From assembly GCA_963845755.1 (NCBI GenBank), contig CAWJTV010000028.1, positions 64,001-128,000 on the forward strand: a stretch of 64,000 bases of DNA, in the 5' to 3' direction. Position 1 is the stretch's first letter. Each line of letters opens with the position of its first letter. The DNA comes from an uncultured Planctomycetota bacterium. GTDB lineage: Bacteria > Planctomycetota > Planctomycetia > Isosphaerales > Isosphaeraceae. This document shows, in pieces, positions 56,613-64,000 of the stretch. Below the pieces are notes generated by a model. That model saw only the letters and a program-made list of their open reading frames with translations. It was not told where the DNA came from and ran no database searches. Position numbers and translations under genes: made by a program.

Positions 56613-57122
56613 ATGGAGAAGACCATGGATGGTAAGGGACGGGGCAGGCTGTTATTGGTCGAAGACGAGAGCCTCCTGAGGCGATTGATCGCGGAATTCC
56701 TTCGTGCGGAAGGGTTTGAGGTGATCGAGGCTGCCGACGGACTCGAAGGGGCCGGCTTCTTTGCCGGTCAGGGTCCTTTCGATCTGGTTCTGCTGGACCT
56801 GAATCTCCCCTTCCTCTCCGGTGTCAACGTCTGTCAACAGATCAAGACCCGCAACCCCCTCCAGCCGGTGTTGATCTGTAGCGCCGCCATTCTGGACAAC
56901 CATGTGGCGGCACTCCATGCCCTGAACGTCAACCATTTCCTGACCAAGCCCTATCACCCCCTCGACCTGTTGGATCGCATTGCCGCGAGATGTCCCGCCC
57001 CATCTCGAGGGAGAGTGAACGTCTCCCGCGGCCCTTCACCGCCGCGGGTTTGGCACCGAAGCCCCCCGGCCCATCATTGTCGCAACGGTCAAACCCTGGT
57101 CAAGCGACTCCCTTTGGATTAA
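56613..57122 (+). CDS. Stand-alone response regulator receiver protein
   Basis: LLLVEDE, DLVLLDLNLP, ICSA, FLTKPY. Confidence 0.88.
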   Translation: MEKTMDGKGRGRLLLVEDESLLRRLIAEFLRAEGFEVIEAADGLEGAGFFAGQGPFDLVLLDLNLPFLSGVNVCQQIKTRNPLQPVLICSAAILDNHVAALHALNVNHFLTKPYHPLDLLDRIAARCPAPSRGRVNVSRGPSPPRVWHRSPPAHHCRNGQTLVKRLPLD

Positions 57123-57226
57123 GATGATTCCCTGTTCGTGTGCCGGTCTCGCTCGTCACGGGTGATCGCGTCGAGGGAGCCACACTGGGACCAAGCGACA
57201 TTATCTCGTCTGCGAAGGACGGTTTC

Positions 57227-57748
57227 ATGGCTGGGAAACCGCTGAATCGATTGGACCTGCGGCGGCAAAGGGAGGCTGCTGAACCCCTGGACCCGATGGA
57301 AGACGAAACCGACGAGGTCGTCGAGGAAGTCGAGGAGGAAGAGGTAGCCGAACGTCGTCCCAAGAAGAAACCGAAGGCGGCTCCCAAGTCCAAGGCGAAG
57401 TCTTCCCGCTCGGCCAAGCCGGCCGCCCGGATGCGAATCGTCTGGGCGGTCCTGAACGATGCGTTCAAGCCGGTCGCAACATTCGAGTATTCCCAGAAGC
57501 CGGCGGCCGAGGCCAGGGCGGCCGAGTTGACCGCCAAGGGGAAGGGAACCCATTTCGTGGTCAAGACCAAGGAGCCGATGCCCGAAGACGCTCCGGGTAT
57601 CGGCGCCGCGATTCCCCGCGTGGTCACACCGCCGGCGAAGGCGGCACGGAAAGAGGTGGAAGCTCCGATCGAAGAGGAAGAAGAGATCGAAGAGGAAGAA
57701 GACAACGATATCGACATGGGGGATGACGGCGGCGACGACGACGAGTGA
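57227..57748 (+). CDS. Hypothetical highly charged protein
   Basis: MAGKPLNRLDLRRQREAAE, Lys-rich linker, RMRIVWAVLNDAFKPVATFEY...HFVVKTKEPM core, acidic tail; typical codon usage, AAGGA SD. Confidence 0.75.
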   Translation: MAGKPLNRLDLRRQREAAEPLDPMEDETDEVVEEVEEEEVAERRPKKKPKAAPKSKAKSSRSAKPAARMRIVWAVLNDAFKPVATFEYSQKPAAEARAAELTAKGKGTHFVVKTKEPMPEDAPGIGAAIPRVVTPPAKAARKEVEAPIEEEEEIEEEEDNDIDMGDDGGDDDE

Positions 57749-57851
57749 GGGCGACGAATCTCAGGACTCGCGGTCGTCCGCATCGCTCGTCTCATCCCAG
57801 CGATCATCGGGATCCTACGACCGAGCTTCGTCATCTCCCATTCTTCCAGGG

Positions 57852-58553
57852 TTGTGTAACTTGCTCGATGCTTTGGTCGTTGCACCGCATCCGGATGATG
57901 CCGAGCTCGGTATGGGTGGGACGATCATCCGGCTGATCCAACAGGGCTGGTCCTTGGGTATCCTCGACCTGACCAGCGGCGAGCCGACTCCGTTGGGCAA
58001 TCCGGAGCGCCGCGCGGCCGAGACGGCGGCGGCCAACGCTGAAATGGGGAATCCCTGGCGGAAAAACCTCGGGCTCCCCAACCGCAACCTCGAACCGACC
58101 CTTCTCCATCGCCGGGCCGTTGCAGCGGTGTTCCGCCAGGTCCGGCCGCGACTGTTGTTCGCCCCCTTCTGGGAAGATGCCCATCCCGATCACACCGCGG
58201 CCACCAAACTGGTCGAGGACGCGCGATTCTGGAGCAAGCTCACCAAGTCGGACATTCCCGGCGAGCCGTTTCATCCGGCGCGAATCCTCTACTACTTCAG
58301 CGTGCACTTGAAGATCGTCGAGCGTCCCAGCCTGGCCATCGACGTCTCCGACCAGCACGACGCCAAGCTCGCGGCCCTACGGTGCTATCGGTCGCAACTC
58401 GTGGAGAATCAGCCCCAGGTCGGGCTGGGGGTCATCGATTCGATCTGCGACCGGACCCGCTACTGGGGACATTTCATCGGCGTTCGTCATGCCGAGCCGT
58501 TCGCCAGCCGCGAGCCCGTCGGGTTGCGCGGGCTCGATGACCTGTTGCTGTGA
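57852..58553 (+). CDS. bshB1: PIG-L family deacetylase, BshB1-like
   Basis: APHPDDAELGMGGT, DLTSGE, DAHPDH, AEPF motifs; start uncertain. Confidence 0.82.
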   Translation: MCNLLDALVVAPHPDDAELGMGGTIIRLIQQGWSLGILDLTSGEPTPLGNPERRAAETAAANAEMGNPWRKNLGLPNRNLEPTLLHRRAVAAVFRQVRPRLLFAPFWEDAHPDHTAATKLVEDARFWSKLTKSDIPGEPFHPARILYYFSVHLKIVERPSLAIDVSDQHDAKLAALRCYRSQLVENQPQVGLGVIDSICDRTRYWGHFIGVRHAEPFASREPVGLRGLDDLLL

Positions 58554-58561
58554 GATGACCA

Positions 58562-59218
58562 TCAACCCGCCGGCGCGACGCGAACACGACGGCCGTCGAC
58601 CTTGAGTCGGCCCTGGGCATACATCGTGATCGCTTCGGGCAGCGCCTTGCATTCCTCTTGAAAGACACGGGCGGCGAGGGTCTCCGCAGTGTCATCTTCC
58701 AGCACGGGAACGACTCGCTGAAGGATGATCGGCCCACTGTCGTAGTTGTCATCGGCGAAGTGGATCGTGCAACCACTCGTCTTCACACCGGATTCGATCA
58801 CGGCCTTGTGGATCTTCGAACCGTAATACCCCTCGCCCGAAAAGGCGGGAATCAGTGAAGGATGAATGTTGATCACGCGACCCTTGTAGTCGGGCGGGAT
58901 ATGCAGCAATGAGAGAAAACCTCCCAGCACCACCAAATCGGCCCGGCTATGCCGGATCGGTTCGAAGACCGAGGCGCTGAACTCGGTCCGGGAACGTGCG
59001 TTGCGGTTGGCCAGGGCCATCGGGATCTGGGCCGCATCGGCACGCGAGACCGCGCCGATCCGAGGTCGACTCGCGACCACCTGAACAATCTCCGCCGTCA
59101 GCCGCCGCCCTCGGATCTGATCGATGAGGTTTTGGAGCGTGGTTCCTTCCCCCGAGACGCAAACAGCCAGCCGAATCGGTGGATTGACGATCGGCGGATT
59201 GCGCGGAATCTGGGCCAT
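58562..59218 (-). CDS. purN: Phosphoribosylglycinamide formyltransferase
   Basis: SGEGTTLQ, INIHPSLIPAF, SGCTIHF, YDSGPII. Confidence 0.95.
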   Translation of the reverse strand: MAQIPRNPPIVNPPIRLAVCVSGEGTTLQNLIDQIRGRRLTAEIVQVVASRPRIGAVSRADAAQIPMALANRNARSRTEFSASVFEPIRHSRADLVVLGGFLSLLHIPPDYKGRVINIHPSLIPAFSGEGYYGSKIHKAVIESGVKTSGCTIHFADDNYDSGPIILQRVVPVLEDDTAETLAARVFQEECKALPEAITMYAQGRLKVDGRRVRVAPAG

Positions 59219-59318
59219 GGCGAATCATCTCCCGGAAGGAGGATTGGCTGTCATCCCATTATGAAGCCTATCCGGGAGTTTTCAAATCCTCGTATGGAAA
59301 CGGGTCCGACCGGCGTCT

Positions 59319-59915
59319 TCAAACCTGGGCCGCCGGCGCGATCGGATCGAACAACCGCGCCAGCGGCAGCCGAAAGCCGGGCAAGACGTCGCCACCCTCG
59401 AGCGCGTCGGATTCGGTGATGAGTCGCATCCGGGTCGGAGACTCGTAGACGTGAGCAAAGCGATGCTGGGGGGAGATCAACCAGACAAGTCGAACTCCGG
59501 CCTGGAAATACTCGAAAACTCTGCTCCATAAGTCCTCGGCGAAGTCGGTGGGGCTGACGACCTCGACAGCAAGGTCGGGGACGACGTCCCAGGCATTATC
59601 GCCGACCGGTTGCGTGCGATCGTCGGGCCATCGTTCACTGGAGACGAAGGCGACGTCGGGTTTTCGATTGCGACCGGTATCCTTGGCCAGGGGCAGGCGG
59701 AAGAGAGATTCGACAATCGCTTCACCACGTTTCTCGGGCCAGGCAAAGAGATTGATCTCGGTCGCCAGCCTCGTTGCGATCTTGGCGGCATAAGCACTCA
59801 TGGGAGGGATCTCGATGCGTTGTCCATCGACGATTTCGTAAGCATCGTCGTCCAAGAATGCCGGTTCTAACTGGACAGCGCTGTCCGGGCTCTCGAGTAA
59901 GGCGGTAGCCGCCAT
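59319..59915 (-). CDS. Uma2 (DUF820) family endonuclease-fold protein
   Basis: YEIVDG, RKPDVAFVS, PDLAVEVVSP, YFQAGVRLVWLI, DVLPGFRLPL. Confidence 0.92.
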   Translation of the reverse strand: MAATALLESPDSAVQLEPAFLDDDAYEIVDGQRIEIPPMSAYAAKIATRLATEINLFAWPEKRGEAIVESLFRLPLAKDTGRNRKPDVAFVSSERWPDDRTQPVGDNAWDVVPDLAVEVVSPTDFAEDLWSRVFEYFQAGVRLVWLISPQHRFAHVYESPTRMRLITESDALEGGDVLPGFRLPLARLFDPIAPAAQV

Positions 59916-59942
59916 GATCGTCTCCCCCCCGTCCGCCCCGAC

Positions 59943-62815
59943 TTACGACGATTCACCACCGGTCCCAACACCGATTCTACACTCGGGTTCAATCCGCTCC
60001 CACTCGAGAGCTGGACTCGGTGACGACTCGCGCCAACGCTCGCAGAGCGTCGGATGCGCGGAGTTCTGGCCGACGCTAGGCCGGTAATTCCAGCATCGTT
60101 CACACTTGGCGTATGACGAGCGTTCAGCCTGGATGGTCTCGTTGGCGGCCGACGGGTCGGCGACGATCTCGACCTCGGAGACCATGCAGAGCATCGCGAG
60201 CAACTCGCAATCGGGTAGCAAACGATCCGGCCGACTGGTCGCGATCCGGACCCTGGCTTCCTGGCGCTGCCGATTTGTTTGTTCTTCCGCAACGTCTCCA
60301 GGGCGACGAGCACTTGCTCACGGAGCCGGATCAGCTCGTCCCAGCGTGCGCTGAATGCCTCGTCGTCCCATCGGGGGTCGGGCTCGGGGAACTCGGTGAG
60401 ATGCACGCTCGACCGTTCCTCGAGTCCGGCGGGCCGGTAGTCCCACGACTCCTCGGCCGTGTGCGGGATGATCGGGGCGAGCAGTCGAGTAAGATGATCG
60501 TGCAGTCGAGCGAGGACGAACTGGGCGGCGCGGCGGTCGGGGCCCGAGGGCGCTTCGGCATAGAGCCGGTCCTTGAGCACGTCCAAGTAGAAGCTCGACA
60601 GCTCCACTGCGCAGAACTGGTAGATTCGCTGATAGACCCGATAGAACTCGAACCGTTCGTAGGCCGCCCGGACGTCGCGAGTCACCCGGTTGAGCTGGCC
60701 GAGCGCCCAGCGGTCGATCTCGTGGAGAGACGACGGGGCGACCGAGGACGGGTCGAACCGCTGATAGTCCTCGACGTTTCCCAGGAGGTAGCGAAACGTG
60801 TTGCGGATCTTGCGGTAGGCTTCCGACATCTCCTTGATGCCGCGCTCGCTAACCGCGATGTCGTCGGCATAGTCCATGCTGGCGACATACAGCCTCAGGA
60901 CGTCGGCCCCGTAGGTGTTGGTCATCGTGTCGGCCGGGATGTAGTTGCCCAGCGACTTGGAGATCTTTCGCCCCTTCTCGTTGACGACGAACCCGTGGGT
61001 GAGCACCGTCTCGAACGGTGCGGTACCTGTCGTGCCGACGGCCGTCAAAATCGACGACTGGAACCAACCGCGGTGCTGGTCCGAGCCCTCGAGATACATG
61101 AACGTCGGGTAGCCGAGGTCGAAGTCCTTCGACAATACGGCGCGATGGCTGGAGCCGGACTCGAACCAGACGTCAAGAATGTCTCCCTCCTTGCGGAAGG
61201 AATTCCCGCCGCACTGCGGACACGACGCGCCGGGCGGAAGTAACTCTTCGACCGGCCGGGTGAACCAGGCATCGGCACCCTCGGCGCGGAACAGATCTCG
61301 GAAATGGCGTACCGTCTGGGCCGTGAGCCACTGGGCGTGGCAGGAGGTGCACCCCAGAGCCGGGATCGGAACACCCCAGGATCGCTGACGGCTGATGCAC
61401 CAATCCGGGCGGAGCGACACCATGGCCTCGATCCGCGTCTGGCCCCACTCCGGCAGCCACCGCACCTCGTCGATAGCCTTGAGAGTCCGACCCCGCAGAT
61501 CATCGTGGTCCACGCCGATGAACCACTGCTCGGTCGCCCGGAAGATCACGGGCTTCTTGCAGCGCCAGCAATGGGGATAGCTGTGCACCAGCGGCTGCTC
61601 GTGATACAGGTGGCCCGATTCCTTCAGCCGGTCGACGATCACCGGGTTCGCGGCAAAGACCTGCTGGCCCGTGAGCCAGCCGGGGGCCTCGGCAGTAAAT
61701 CGACCGGACTCGTCGACCGGACTCAGGACCGAGAGCTGATAGGCGCGCCCGGTATGATAGTCCTCGGCACCGTGCCCGGGCGCCGTGTGCACCATCCCCG
61801 TCCCATCCTCGACGCTCACGTAGTTGGCCAGCACGATCGGGCTAACCCGGTCAACGAAGGGATGCCGGTATTCCCGATGCTCGAGATCGCGGCCGCGGCA
61901 TCGGCCGACCTCGGTGAACTCGGTGACCTGGCGCAGGCCCATGACCTTGGCGACGAGGTCGGCGGCCAGGATGGTCGAAACCGTGCGTCCGGTCCCCGGG
62001 TCGTGATACCGCACTCCCGCGTAGGTTACTTCCGGGTGGACGGCAATCGCCACGTTGGCCGGGAGTGTCCACGGGGTGGTCGTCCAGATCATGAGGTGCC
62101 ACGAACAGCCGCCGGCGCCTTCACTCGCCTGCCAGCCGTCGGGCACACCCGAGACCATCGGGAAGTTGACATAGATGCTCGGTGTCGTCTCCTCTTGATA
62201 TTCCAGCTCCGCCTCGGCCAGAGCAGTGCGATCGGTCAGGCACCAGTGGATCGGCTTGAGCTGGCGGTTGACGAAGCCCCGCTCGATCAGGTCGGCCAGG
62301 ACGTCGAGGATGCCCGCCTCATACCGCGGGTCGAGAGTCAGGTAGGGACGGTCCCAGTCGCCCAGGACCCCGAGCCGTCGGAACTGGGTACGTTGAACGT
62401 CCACCCACTTCATGGCCTCGGTTTGACACAGGGCCCGGATTTCGGCATGGCTCATCCGCGCAGCCTTGGGCCCCAGGTCCTTGGCCACTTTGTGCTCGAT
62501 CGGCAGCCCGTGGCAGTCCCAACCGGGAACGTACGGACTGTCGAACCCCACCATCGACAACGAACGGGCGACGATGTCCTTGAGCACCTTGTTCAGCAAG
62601 GTGCCCATATGGATCTCGCCATTGGCATAGGGAGGCCCGTCGTGCAGGACCTTCCGCGGTCGTCCGGCGCGCACACGACGGAGCTGGGCGTACAGATCCT
62701 CGTCGCGCCACCGGGCCTGGATCTGCGGCTCGCGAACCGTCAGGTTCGCTTTCATCTCGAAACGGGTCACCGGGAGATTAAGAGTTTCTTTATAGGGCTT
62801 GGTATGAGTGGCCAT
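59943..62815 (-). CDS. ileS: Isoleucine--tRNA ligase, type 1 (frameshift near ~60268; probably another near ~60033 giving a stop at 59989)
   Basis: LHDGPPYANG, GWDCHGLP, WTTTPWTLP, DWCISRQR, EGSDQHRGWF, KISKS, C-terminal KCERCW zinc finger. Confidence 0.97.
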
Positions 62816-63026
62816 GGGCAAAACGGCAAAAAAGGGTGCGGGATAAATCGTCCTCGACCAGGGAACACCGCGATGACGATCGGGTCGGATGACTCCGTCG
62901 CGTCGTCGAGGCCAATGGAAACGTTCCCGATCTCCGACCGGCCCGTCGTGGTCCAGGAAGGTGCATCGAATCGCGAATAGAAGGGTGAGTCTCCCCAGGT
63001 CGCGCCGCGATTCCAGCCGCCCTGGA

Positions 63027-63856
63027 CTAGCCCTTCCATCTCATGAGGACACCACCAACGATCGCTCGCAACTTGGACTCGGCTTCGTTGGCCACGGCGA
63101 CGATCTCCTCGATGCTCACCGGATGCAGGGCGTCGGGCAGGCACAAGTCCGTGACGATCGAAAACCCCAGCACCTTCAGACCAGCGTGGACCGCGACGAG
63201 AACCTCGGGAACCGTTGACATCCCGACCACGTCGGCACCGATGCCTCTAAGAAAGCGATATTCGGCGCGAGTTTCGAGATTGGGGCCGACCACCGCCACG
63301 TAGACACCGCGGCGCGCCACGATGTTCGATTCCATCGCCAGTTCCAGCGCGAGATTCTGGAGGCCTCGATCATAGGGCTCGATCAGGTCGGGGAAACGGG
63401 GACCGAGCCGGTCGTCGTTGGGCCCGATCAGCGGGTTCAATCCCATCAAATTGATGTGATCGTCGATGACAACCAGGTCCCCCTTCTCGTAGAGAGGGTT
63501 GAGACCGCCCGCGGCGTTGGAGACGATCAGGAGCCGGCAACCCAGTTCTTTCATCACGCGGATCGGAAAGGTCACCTGCGAGGGCGAATAGCCTTCGTAG
63601 AGGTGGAACCGCCCCTCCATGGCCATGACCGCCTGGCCGGCCAGCCGGCCACAGACCAATTGCCCCTTGTGGCTCTCGACCGTCAACCTCGGAAAATGGG
63701 GTATTTCCGGGTACGGGATCGTCACTTCCGTCTCGATCTCGCGCGCAGGGCGCCCAGTCCCGTACCCAGGACCATGCCGACTCCCGGCTCACCACGCCAC
63801 CGCTCGCGGATTGTCCGTGACGCCTCCTGAACATGCTCCCATTCGTGTCGAATCAT
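63027..63856 (-). CDS. punA: Purine-nucleoside phosphorylase (frameshifts near ~63790 and ~63745)
   Basis: [52 protein letters not shown]. Confidence 0.93.
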
Positions 63857-64000
63857 GGGTCTCCCCGATAGTACGTCAAGAGAGTCTCGGCCCGAACACG
63901 GCCATCACCGACCCGTCAGGTTGCGACGGGTCTTTTAGCCGCTCGACGCGGCATGTTCCATCGCATCTCCCCGCCAAACGGGAGAGCCCCCATGAGTCAG

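Noticed and set aside
59319..59915. Uma2 as part of a restriction/defence locus
   Set aside because: Solitary between ileS and purN; family is commonly dispersed in planctomycetes; no methylase or partner.

Overview
High-GC bacterial chromosomal window, almost certainly a planctomycete (Isosphaera/Singulisphaera-like gene content: DUF1559 prepilin-type proteins, CRTAC1/ASPIC-UnbV proteins, an ECF sigma factor next to Ser/Thr kinases, a LEPR-XLL protein, Uma2). In order it holds: an ECF-sigma/TPR-kinase signalling cluster, an HD-GYP protein, a NIPSNAP protein, a tightly coupled three-gene operon (alpha/beta-hydrolase, caspase-like protease, and a protein ending in a fused ribosomal uS17 domain), a giant TPR/alpha-2-macroglobulin gene, alaS, an HtrA protease, exbB-exbD-exbD, a P1B-ATPase-HflK fusion with hflC/hflK, a duplicated lipoprotein-DUF1559-CRTAC1 cassette around two sulfatase-like genes, then a response regulator, bshB1-like deacetylase, purN, Uma2, ileS and a purine nucleoside phosphorylase. 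Many genes, including essential alaS and ileS, are broken by small indels, which points to sequencing/assembly error rather than pseudogenisation; CDS coordinates are therefore reconstructed spans and frameshift positions are approximate. No rRNA, tRNA, CRISPR array or transposase was recognised. The best candidate for an undescribed system is the hydrolase-caspase-uS17 operon at about 10.0-14.3 kb. All calls come from motif recognition by eye; no searches were run.
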